Source: Hymenobacteraceae bacterium (lineage in GTDB: Bacteria > Bacteroidota > Bacteroidia > Cytophagales > Hymenobacteraceae). From it: 64,000 nucleotides of DNA. The translations under genes were made by a program, and so were the position numbers. Location of the stretch: positions 3,153 to 67,152 of the forward strand of contig JANPLI010000211.1 of NCBI GenBank assembly GCA_031426455.1. The letters run 5' to 3'. Under the pieces are notes generated by a model, which was given only the letters and a program-made list of their open reading frames with translations, was not told the DNA's origin and searched no databases. Shown piece after piece: positions 10,355 through 18,395 of this stretch (position 1 is its first letter; each line of letters opens with the position of its first letter).

Positions 10355-11473
10355 CTACCCCCGCTCCAGCAGGGCCAGGAAATCGTCGAAGAGGTAATGC
10401 GAGTCGTGCGGCCCCGGCGACGATTCCGGGTGATACTGCACCGAGAAAGCCCTGCCGTCGCGGCGGCGCAGGCCTTCGACGGTCTGGTCGTTGAGGTTCA
10501 GGTGGGTCACTTCCAGTTCGGGGTGGGCGGCTACGGCCGCCGCATCCACCACGAAGCCGTGGTTTTGCGACGTGATCTCGCAGCGTCCGGTGAGCAGGTT
10601 TTTCACGGGGTGGTTCAGGCCCCGGTGGCCGTTGGGCATTTTGTAGGTGGGCACGTCGTGGGCCAGGGCCAGCATCTGGTGGCCGAGGCAGATGCCGAAG
10701 AGCGGCTTGGCCCGCGCCACAATGCCGCGCACCGAAGCAATGGCTTCGGTGGTGGCGGCGGGGTCGCCGGGGCCGTTCGAGACGAAGTAGCCGTCCGGCG
10801 CCCAGGCTTCCATCTCGGCCAGCGGCGTATCGTACGGAAACACCCGCACCGCGCAGCCGCGCCGCGTGAGGTGACGCAGGATGTTCTGCTTCACGCCCAG
10901 GTCCAGCACCGCCACCCGGAAGCGGGGTTCGGCGCCGTCATCGGGCGGTAATTCATAGGATTCGGCCACCGACACGCGCGACGCCAGTTCCAGGCCGTCC
11001 ATCGCCGGCACAGCACGCAACTGTTGCAGCAGGCGCGTTTCGTCCAGTTCTTCCGAAGAAATGATGGCATTCATCGCGCCGCGTTCGCGCACGTGGCGAA
11101 CCAGCGCCCGCGTGTCCACGCCGCCGATGCCCACGATGCCGGCCTCCTCAAAATAGGCTTGCACGGAGCTTTCGGCTTCGCGGCGCGAGAAGAATTCCGA
11201 GAACTCGCGGCACACCAGGCCGGCAATCTGCACCCGGCCCGATTCCGTTTCGGCGCCCGTCACGCCGTAGTTGCCGATGTGCGGCGTGGTGGTCACCACC
11301 AGTTGGCCGCAGTACGAGGGGTCGGTGAAAACCTCCTGGTAGCCCCCCATTCCGGTGGTGAAGCAGACTTCGCCGGTGGTGGTGCCCCGGCGGCCGAGCG
11401 GCCGGCCCCGGAAGACGGTGCCATCGGCCAGTAACAGAATCGCGGAATCAGCGGGTAGCGGCGGGTGCGTCAT
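10355..11473 (-). CDS. carA: Carbamoyl-phosphate synthase small (glutaminase) subunit
   Basis: GICLGHQ catalytic Cys motif, QNHGF and HPE triad context. ATG at 11473 (MTHPPLPADSAILLLADGTVFRG). Confidence 0.9.
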   Translation of the reverse strand: MTHPPLPADSAILLLADGTVFRGRPLGRRGTTTGEVCFTTGMGGYQEVFTDPSYCGQLVVTTTPHIGNYGVTGAETESGRVQIAGLVCREFSEFFSRREAESSVQAYFEEAGIVGIGGVDTRALVRHVRERGAMNAIISSEELDETRLLQQLRAVPAMDGLELASRVSVAESYELPPDDGAEPRFRVAVLDLGVKQNILRHLTRRGCAVRVFPYDTPLAEMEAWAPDGYFVSNGPGDPAATTEAIASVRGIVARAKPLFGICLGHQMLALAHDVPTYKMPNGHRGLNHPVKNLLTGRCEITSQNHGFVVDAAAVAAHPELEVTHLNLNDQTVEGLRRRDGRAFSVQYHPESSPGPHDSHYLFDDFLALLERG

Positions 11474-11704
11474 TCTGGATGCCAAAGGTAGGGCGCGGGG
11501 GAGCGTCCTTTGGATTCCTGCAGGCCGGCCCCCCGCTTCGTTCTGACGCCAACTGCGGCGCCGGGCGGCGGGGGATGCCTAATTTTGGGCCGGGCTGCGG
11601 AGCGGCCCGTTTTTTTTGTGTCTGGCGGCGGGCTTCGCCCCGGCTCCGGGGCTGTGCAGGCCCGGCGCGGGTGGAAAGCGAAGCCGACGCCGCGTTTTGC
11701 TACT

Positions 11705-14700
11705 ATGCGTTCGTACCGCGTTTTGAATGATCTGGTGGGCTGGCTGGTCTTTGCCACCGCCACGGCCACTTATATGCTCACCCTGCAGCCTACGGCGGCG
11801 TTCTGGGACTGCGGCGAGTTCGCGGCCTGCGCCTACAAGCTGCTGATTCCGCACCCGCCGGGGGCGCCCACCTTTTTGCTGCTGGGCCGCGTGTTCTCGC
11901 TGTTGGCGATGGGCGACGTGACGAAGGTGGGCGTCTGGATGAACGCGTTGTCGGGCCTTTCGTCGTCGTTCACGGTGCTGTTTCTGTTCTGGAGCATCAC
12001 GATGATGGCCCGCAAGATGCTCGTGGGCCTGCAAGCCGAGCCGGACGGCGGCCAGAAGTGGCTGATTATGGGCGCCGGTACGGTGGGCGCGCTGGCGTTC
12101 ACGTTCTCCGATTCGTTCTGGTTTTCGGCCGTCGAATCGGAAGTGTACGCGATGTCGGCCCTGTTCACGGCCTTCGTGGTGTGGGCGATGCTGAAGTGGG
12201 AGCGCGTGGCCGACGAGCCGGACTCCGACCGCTGGCTCGTGCTGATTGCCTACGCCGTGGGTCTGTCCATCGGCGTCCACTTGCTGAACCTGCTCGCCAT
12301 TCCGGCGCTGGCGTTCATCTATTACTACCGCCGCTCGAAGAATATCACCCTCAAAGGCGGTATCCTGACGTTTGGGCTGGCGGCGGTCATCATCCTGGCC
12401 ATTATGGTGGGCATCATTCCGGGCTTACCCACCATCGCCGGGGCGTTCGAGGTGTTCTTCATCAACTCCGTGGGCCTGCCGTTCGGTTGGGGTATCTGGA
12501 TTTTTCTGGCGCTTTTCATCAGCGCCATCGTCTTCGGTTTCCGGCGCTCGTTTCGCACCGGCTCGAAGCTGCTGAACACGGCGATGCTGTGCTTCACGTT
12601 CATCCTGATCGGTTATTCGTCGTACCTGATCGTACCGATCCGCTCGTCGTACCGGCCCACGATCAATGAGAATGACCCGGAGAACGTGCTGCTCTTTGTG
12701 AGCTACCTCAAGCGCGAACAGTACGGCGACCGCCCGCTGCTCTATGGCCCGCAATTCAACGCCGAGCCGGTGGCCCAGTCCGAAGGCGCCCCTGTGTACG
12801 AGCGCGATACGAAGGCCGGCCGTTACGTGGAGGTCGATCACCGGTTGAATACCGACTACGCCGACCGCGACAAAGTGCTGCTGCCACGCATCTACTCGAA
12901 CCAGGGCGGGCATTTGCAGGAGTACCAGAAGTGGGGCGTCAACATCCGCAAGGAATCGTACGTCGATCCCGAAGACCCGTCGGGCCAGCCGCGCGAGCGC
13001 TATGCCCGGCCCACGTTCGGCGAGAATATGGGCTACCTGTTCTCGTACCAGTTCGGGCAGATGTACTGGCGCTATTTCGGCTGGAACTTCATCGGCCGCG
13101 ACGGCGACGTGCAGCAGTCCGGCATTATGACGCCCTTTGAAAAACGCGCCACCCCGGATATGCCCGAACGCATCACGCAGTCGATGGCGCGCAACCAGTT
13201 CTTCGCCATTCCGCTGATTCTGGGTTTGTTGGGCTTCTTTTTTCAGGTTCGGAAGGACGACAAGGATGCCCTGATCGTCTCGTTGCTTTTCCTGCTCACG
13301 GGTCTGGCCATCGTCTTCTACCTCAACGAGCCACCGATTGAGCCGCGCGAGCGCGACTACGGCTACACCGGCTCGTTCTACGCCTTCTCGATGTGGATTG
13401 GGTTTGGGGTGATTGCCGTGGCCGACCTGCTGAAACGGTTCGTCGGTAGTCTCTCGATGCGCGCCGCCCTGGCCACGACGCTCTGCCTGACGGCGCCTGC
13501 CCTGATGGCCACTCAGGGCTGGGACGACCACGACCGCTCCGGCCTCTACAACTCCGTCGATTCGGCCCGCAACCTGCTGGAATCCTGCGCCCCGAACTCG
13601 ATTCTGTTCACTAACGGCGACAACGACACCTTCCCGCTCTGGTATGCCCAGGAGGTGGAAGGCATCCGGCGCGATGTGCGCGTGGCCGTGCTGAGCTATA
13701 TGAACACCGACTGGTACATCAACCAGATGAAGCGCCGCGCCTACGAAAACGATCCGTGGGTGACGACGCTCGACTCGACCAACTACCGCCAGGGCACCAA
13801 CGATTACCTCCAGTATTCGGCCAACCCGCGCGTGGAAGCGGGCATCGACCTGCGGCAGTTCATCGGCCTCGTCAAGCAAAACCATCCGGCGCTGGTGCTG
13901 GGCACGTCGGTGGGTAAGTCGATTCTCTCGTTTCCGACGAAGAAATTTTTCCTCGACGTGGACACCGCCGCTGTCCTGAAATCGGGCATCATTTCGCCGG
14001 AGCGCCGCGCCCAGGTGGTGCCCCGGATGGAGTGGACCCTGCGCGGCTCGATCCTGGAAAAGAAGAACCTGATCATCCTCGATATGATCCAGGCCAATAA
14101 CTGGAAGCGGCCGATCTACTTCTCGACGACCGTCAACTCGGCCGATTTTATGGGGCTGATGCCATACTTCCAGCTCGAAGGGCTGGCCTACCGCCTGCTG
14201 CCTGCCAAAAACCCCAGCCTCGACCCGCGCGCCGAAGGCTATCCGGACCGCGAGTTGATGCACCGGAATATGCTCACCAAGTTCCGGTACCGGAACCTCG
14301 ACAACCCGCGGATCTTCTACGACGAGAACAACCTGCGCTTCCCGGCCAATATGCGCGACAAGCTCTCGATTCTGGCCGAAACCCACCTCGCCGCCGGCGA
14401 CACCGCCCGCGCCCGCGAAGTAGTGATGAAGGCCCTGGCCTGGATGCCCGACAAGTCGATTCCGTACGACTACTACTCGCCCCAGTTCATCGGCCCGCTC
14501 GTCAAGCTCGGCGAGCGCAAAAAGGCCGAGGAAATTATGGACGTGATGGCCGACCGCGCCGTGAAGTCGCTGAACTACTACGCTCTCCACGACACCCGCC
14601 AGTTGTTCGACACCGAGCGGCAGATGAGCCTGATCGTGCTGCAAAACCTGATGATCGCCGCCCAGCAGATCGGCGACCGCGCGCGGGCCGAGAAATTCCA

Positions 14701-14743
14701 GAACCTGTTCGGCCAGTTCTACGGCCCGATGGCGGGAGGGTAA
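11705..14743 (+). CDS. DUF2723-family polytopic membrane protein (TMEM260-like predicted glycosyl/mannosyltransferase)
   Basis: ATG at 11705. N-terminus YRVLNDLVGWLVFATATATYMLTLQPTAAFWDCGEFAACAYKLLIPHPPGAP is the DUF2723 hallmark. Many TM helices are followed by a soluble TPR-like tail. Confidence 0.8.
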   Translation: MRSYRVLNDLVGWLVFATATATYMLTLQPTAAFWDCGEFAACAYKLLIPHPPGAPTFLLLGRVFSLLAMGDVTKVGVWMNALSGLSSSFTVLFLFWSITMMARKMLVGLQAEPDGGQKWLIMGAGTVGALAFTFSDSFWFSAVESEVYAMSALFTAFVVWAMLKWERVADEPDSDRWLVLIAYAVGLSIGVHLLNLLAIPALAFIYYYRRSKNITLKGGILTFGLAAVIILAIMVGIIPGLPTIAGAFEVFFINSVGLPFGWGIWIFLALFISAIVFGFRRSFRTGSKLLNTAMLCFTFILIGYSSYLIVPIRSSYRPTINENDPENVLLFVSYLKREQYGDRPLLYGPQFNAEPVAQSEGAPVYERDTKAGRYVEVDHRLNTDYADRDKVLLPRIYSNQGGHLQEYQKWGVNIRKESYVDPEDPSGQPRERYARPTFGENMGYLFSYQFGQMYWRYFGWNFIGRDGDVQQSGIMTPFEKRATPDMPERITQSMARNQFFAIPLILGLLGFFFQVRKDDKDALIVSLLFLLTGLAIVFYLNEPPIEPRERDYGYTGSFYAFSMWIGFGVIAVADLLKRFVGSLSMRAALATTLCLTAPALMATQGWDDHDRSGLYNSVDSARNLLESCAPNSILFTNGDNDTFPLWYAQEVEGIRRDVRVAVLSYMNTDWYINQMKRRAYENDPWVTTLDSTNYRQGTNDYLQYSANPRVEAGIDLRQFIGLVKQNHPALVLGTSVGKSILSFPTKKFFLDVDTAAVLKSGIISPERRAQVVPRMEWTLRGSILEKKNLIILDMIQANNWKRPIYFSTTVNSADFMGLMPYFQLEGLAYRLLPAKNPSLDPRAEGYPDRELMHRNMLTKFRYRNLDNPRIFYDENNLRFPANMRDKLSILAETHLAAGDTARAREVVMKALAWMPDKSIPYDYYSPQFIGPLVKLGERKKAEEIMDVMADRAVKSLNYYALHDTRQLFDTERQMSLIVLQNLMIAAQQIGDRARAEKFQNLFGQFYGPMAGG

Positions 14744-14785
14744 GGGCCTGCCTTTCCGGTCCATCGCGCCCGGTCAGTAGAACCC

Positions 14786-14831
14786 GCAAGCGCCTCGTTC
14801 CTTTTATCGGGACGAGGCGCTTGCTTGTTTT
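14786..14831 (+). terminator. Rho-independent terminator of the DUF2723 gene
   Basis: gcaagcgcctcgt...acgaggcgcttgc followed by ttgtttt. Confidence 0.7.
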
Positions 14832-14890
14832 CAGTAGCTGAACGGCGCTTGGCGGCCTTCGGCTGGCGGCACGCCCCGACCTTTGCCCCC

Positions 14891-16330
14891 GTGTTCTCCC
14901 TTCGCTCCGCCGCGCTCCTGTTGCTGCTGGCACTCTACTCGTGCCAGCAAACCACCACCCTCGATGCCACCGCGCCCTCGCCTGAAGCGGTGGTGGCGCC
15001 TACTATCGAGCGGCAGCTTTCGACCCTGAGCGTGCCCATCACGCTACCCCTCGCCACGCTGACCGACCGCCTCAACAAGGAGCTCACCGGCGAGCTGTAC
15101 CGCGACGATAAAATTGAGGGCGACAACGTGGCCGTCGTCGTTACGAAGGCCGCGCCGCTGACCCTCAGCGCCCCCGGCGACGATAAGCTCGCCCTCCGCC
15201 TGCCGCTGCACATCCGGGCGCGCGGGCGCTGGCTGTGGGAACCCTGCAAATTCTGCCCGAAAATCGACAAGGTGGAGGAGACGGAGTTTGATCTCGTGGC
15301 GAAGTCCACTTCGGGCCTAAAGCTGGGCGAGGACTACCGGGTGTTGTCGGCCACCGACGTGGATTTTGAGTGGGGCACGCAGCGCCCGGAGCTGAAACTC
15401 GGCCCGCTCACCATCGGGCTGGCGCGCTTCGTGGAGCCGGTGATGCGGCGTCAGCTCGCCGCCATCGCCGAGCGGGTCGATGCTGAAGTGGCCGCCCGGA
15501 TGAGCATTAAACCGCTGCTGCTCAAAGCCTGGACCCAGGTGCAGCAGCCAGTGCTGCTCGATGCCGCCACCCAGACGTGGCTCCTGATTTCGCCTCAGGC
15601 GTTGCGCGTTTCGCCGCTGCGGGCCGAAGACGGCCGCCTTTTTCTGCGCGTGGGCCTGTCCTCGTACCTCGAAACATTGGTAGGGCCGAAGCCGAAGGTG
15701 AGCGTCAATCGGCAGTTACCCGCTTTGGTGACCGACAACCGCCTCGCCGACGACGCCCAGGTCACGGTTTCCGGCGACGTGCCGTTTCCTGAAGCCACCC
15801 GCCTGGCGCGGGCCGAACTGGCCGGTAAAACCTTCGCCTTCAATCAAAAAGACGCCCTGACGGTGAACGACGTGGCCGTGACCGGCGCGGGTCAGAAGCT
15901 GGTGCTGATGCTCGACGTGGACGGCCGGACGCACGCGGGCTTCTTCACGAAGAAGATCGTCGGGAAGGTCTATCTCAAAGCCACACCCTACTACGACGCC
16001 GCCACCCAGACCATCCGCCTGCGTGACGCCGATTTCACCCTCGATACCCGCGACCGCCTCCTGCGCACCGCCGACTGGCTCCTGCACGGCAACCTCCGCC
16101 AGCGCCTGGAGCAGCAGGTCAGCTTTCCCGTCAAGGCTCAGCTCGATCAGGCCCGCACCCTCATTCAAAGCTTCCTCGATAAGCCCGCGCCCGGGGCCCT
16201 GCCGCCCGGCCTGCGCCTGGGCGGCAAGCTGACGGAGTTCTACCCCGGCGCGTTGTACCTGACCGATAAGTCCATCAAAGCCACGCTCGTAGCGAAGGGC
16301 GCCGTGCAGCTGCGCGTAGAGGCGCTGTGA
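14891..16330 (+). CDS. Lipoprotein, DUF4403-like (unknown function)
   Basis: GTG at 14891 gives VFSLRSAALLLLLALYSCQQ, a lipobox. About 480 aa. The family assignment comes from memory of DUF4403 length and architecture only. Confidence 0.55.
   Translation: MFSLRSAALLLLLALYSCQQTTTLDATAPSPEAVVAPTIERQLSTLSVPITLPLATLTDRLNKELTGELYRDDKIEGDNVAVVVTKAAPLTLSAPGDDKLALRLPLHIRARGRWLWEPCKFCPKIDKVEETEFDLVAKSTSGLKLGEDYRVLSATDVDFEWGTQRPELKLGPLTIGLARFVEPVMRRQLAAIAERVDAEVAARMSIKPLLLKAWTQVQQPVLLDAATQTWLLISPQALRVSPLRAEDGRLFLRVGLSSYLETLVGPKPKVSVNRQLPALVTDNRLADDAQVTVSGDVPFPEATRLARAELAGKTFAFNQKDALTVNDVAVTGAGQKLVLMLDVDGRTHAGFFTKKIVGKVYLKATPYYDAATQTIRLRDADFTLDTRDRLLRTADWLLHGNLRQRLEQQVSFPVKAQLDQARTLIQSFLDKPAPGALPPGLRLGGKLTEFYPGALYLTDKSIKATLVAKGAVQLRVEAL
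16260..16330 (+). repeat. Direct repeat copy 1 (71 bp), forming the 3' end of the DUF4403-like gene
   Basis: tgaccgataagtccatcaaagccacgctcgtagcgaagggcgccgtgcagctgcgcgtagaggcgctgtga. It matches 17207-17277 at 69/71 positions. Confidence 0.9.
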
Positions 16331-16396
16331 GAAAAATGGGTAGCTTTGGAGCCAAGCCCACTTAGCCGTCGTTGCCGGAATTTAGGACGCCGTTTT

Positions 16397-16600
16397 ATGC
16401 CCGCCACTTCACCCAAAGAAGCAACGCTTGCGTTGCTCCAGCGTTTAGCTGAAGACGCCTCTTTCGAGCAGATTCAGTACGAAATCTACGTGCTTGAGAA
16501 AATTGCCGCCGGCCTGGCTGAATCAGCCGCGGGACATTCCGTCTCGCACGAGGAAGCGGGGGCGCAACTGGCGCAATGGCTCAACAGGGCAAACGCATGA
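16397..16600 (+). CDS. Putative type II antitoxin (C-terminus altered by the MITE insertion)
   Basis: 67 aa: MPATSPKEATLALLQRLAEDASFEQIQYEIYVLEKIAAGLAESAAGHSVSHEEAGAQLAQWL... This resembles small antitoxins paired with RelE/ParE toxins. The present stop codon lies inside the inserted element. Confidence 0.55.
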   Translation: MPATSPKEATLALLQRLAEDASFEQIQYEIYVLEKIAAGLAESAAGHSVSHEEAGAQLAQWLNRANA

Positions 16601-16861
16601 AGCCTCGAAAAGCCCGTTTAGGTAGTTTGCCAGCCGTGTGGAAAGAATTTTATCGCAGATTTCCACGGATTTTACGCAGATTATAAATCCGTGAAAATCT
16701 GTGTTAAATCTGCGTAAATCTGCGATTCGGCCTCTTTTTAGTTGCTGTTGATCAATTAATTGGGGCGCTTGGCCAGACAACTGAAAGGAGGTTTTTTCGC
16801 TAGGGCGCGAAGATAGAAAAGCTGATGGAAGTCACCTTTTCTCGTTCGTGCGTTTGCCCTG
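16585..16861. mobile_element. MITE-like non-autonomous element, copy A (277 bp)
   Basis: Terminal inverted repeats are CAGGGCAAACGCATGAA (left) and TTCGTGCGTTTGCCCTG (right). Both sides carry a perfect 9-bp direct duplication ATGGCTCAA (16576-16584 and 16862-16870). The AT-rich interior has a central hairpin (cgcagattt / acggattt repeats). No ORF. Confidence 0.75.
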
Positions 16862-16890
16862 ATGGCTCAACCAGCCAATGGTGGCCAGCC

Positions 16891-17193
16891 GTGGCTGAGG
16901 TTCGCTGGCTGCCACAGGCGCTTCGTGATCTGAGGGCTATTGGCGTTTACTTCGATACGGTAGCACCTGCCCGAAGTCGACGCGTGATCCAGCGCCTTTA
17001 CGCGGTGCAAACCCAACTTGCCGCATTTCCTGAATCCGGCCGCGTCGTGCCGGAAATGGCGTTGCCCTTCGTGCGGGAAATCATCCGCGAAGGGTATCGG
17101 GTGGTGTATTCCTGCCACGGCGAGGCCGTTGAAATTCTAGCGGTGCTGGACAGCCGACAGGACCTGGAGCGCAAGCTTCGCCAGGAAGCCTAA
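16891..17193 (+). CDS. ParE/RelE-family type II toxin
   Basis: GTG at 16891: VAEVRWLPQALRDLRAIGVYFDTVAPARSRRVIQRLYAVQTQLAAFPESGRVVPEM...REIIREGYRVVYSCHGEAVEILAVLDSRQDL. This is the typical ParE/RelE plasmid-stabilisation toxin pattern. Confidence 0.7.
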   Translation: MAEVRWLPQALRDLRAIGVYFDTVAPARSRRVIQRLYAVQTQLAAFPESGRVVPEMALPFVREIIREGYRVVYSCHGEAVEILAVLDSRQDLERKLRQEA

Positions 17194-17206
17194 TCAAAAT
17201 GCCATT

Positions 17207-17277
17207 TGACCGATAAGTCCATCAAAGCCACCCTCGTAGCGAAGGGCGCCGTGCAGCTGCGGGTAGAGGCGCTGTGA
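17207..17277 (+). repeat. Direct repeat copy 2 (orphan duplicate of the DUF4403-like gene 3' end)
   Basis: 69/71 identical to 16260-16330, including the TGA. Non-coding here. Confidence 0.9.
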
Positions 17278-17322
17278 GTCGCTGCCAGTAAGGCACCTCA
17301 TTCAGCGCCTGAGGGCGGCTGC

Positions 17323-18177
17323 TTAGGGGTTGCAGTAATCGCATTGGCCGGGGTCGGCGCTGGCGACGCCGTTCGGGTGCTGCGTTTCGACTTCGTGGGG
17401 GCAGCGCAGGCACGTGCTGATGTGGGCCCGCACGAGCCGCGTGGGCGCTCCGCACAGCCCGCAGGGCAGGCCGCGGATCGCGCGTGTCGGTCCGAAGCCG
17501 GGGGTGGCGCAGGTCGGGCAAAGCGTGGCCGCCCGCTGGGCCAGGGTGCGCGCCGCAGCTTCAATAACGCGCTGGCGGCTGGGGTTGAGGTGGGCGCGCA
17601 TATCGGTTTCTGCCCATACCTGGTCGTGGCGGCGGCGCAGCTCCTGAAAGGCCGTTAGCAGGGCGGGCCAGGTGGTAAGGCCTTTGTGCAGGTCGGTGGG
17701 GGCGCTAGCGGCAGGCCGCAGGATCAGGCCGTGCGCCGGGAAGCCTATCTGTTCGGCAAAGGCCCGCAGCTCCGCTTCAGAGGCCACGGCCCACGCGGCG
17801 AAGTTGGTGGCGAGGCTGATTTCGCGGACGCTGATTTCGAGCGCGTTGCGCGTATCAATCAACACCAGCCACTCCTCATCGGCGGCCACGAAGCCTAGCA
17901 CCGGGTGGGGGCCAAAGGAGCCTTCGGAGGCTACGGCCAGGTCCAGCCCCGTGAGGGCCAGCGCGCGGGCGCACTTTTCACGAGCGGCGGCCAGTGGGTC
18001 GAGCAGGCGCGGCACTTCACCGCTGAACGTGCCGAGGGCGTCGGTGTCGAGGGTGGCGGGCGCGGGCACCACACGCACCCCCAAGGCCGCTTCCAGAACA
18101 GGGCCAATGACGGCCTCTTTGCCGTGGCGGGTGGCCACGACCAGCGCCCGGCCAGTGAAAGGGGAGGAGGAAAGCAT
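17323..18177 (-). CDS. Hypothetical protein with C-terminal Cys-rich (zinc-ribbon-like) motifs
   Basis: 284 aa. The C-terminus carries CPTC...CGLC...CLRC...CDYC pairs. Confidence 0.6.
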   Translation of the reverse strand: MLSSSPFTGRALVVATRHGKEAVIGPVLEAALGVRVVPAPATLDTDALGTFSGEVPRLLDPLAAAREKCARALALTGLDLAVASEGSFGPHPVLGFVAADEEWLVLIDTRNALEISVREISLATNFAAWAVASEAELRAFAEQIGFPAHGLILRPAASAPTDLHKGLTTWPALLTAFQELRRRHDQVWAETDMRAHLNPSRQRVIEAAARTLAQRAATLCPTCATPGFGPTRAIRGLPCGLCGAPTRLVRAHISTCLRCPHEVETQHPNGVASADPGQCDYCNP

Positions 18178-18354
18178 CAGCAGAAGGCACTGCGCAGGCC
18201 GCGCTGCCCGTAAAATGGGGTAATGAGGGCGGGGCGACGCAGGAATCCTACGGATGCGCGGCGGGGTATTTCAAGGGAAAGGAGCTGTGTGCGAACGGAT
18301 ATCGTAGCGAGTTCGTAGGCGGTGTATAATCGGCTCCACGTTTAGCTACGTATG

Positions 18355-18393
18355 CTTAAAAACGGCCTCCCCTTTTTCAAGCGGAGGCCGTTT
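18355..18393 (-). terminator. Rho-independent terminator of zwf
   Basis: aacggcctcc / ggaggccgtt stem immediately after the zwf stop, followed on the minus strand by TTTTT. Confidence 0.75.
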
Positions 18394-18395
18394 GT

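Noticed and set aside
12425-14764. 779-aa minus-strand ORF antisense to the DUF2723 gene
   Set aside because: Low-complexity R/G/V/H-rich translation with no recognisable motifs. The sense strand encodes a coherent polytopic membrane protein.
16331-17206. Integrase or transposase that could explain the 71-bp direct repeats
   Set aside because: The interval encodes only the antitoxin, the MITE and the ParE-like toxin. No recombinase ORF appears in any frame.
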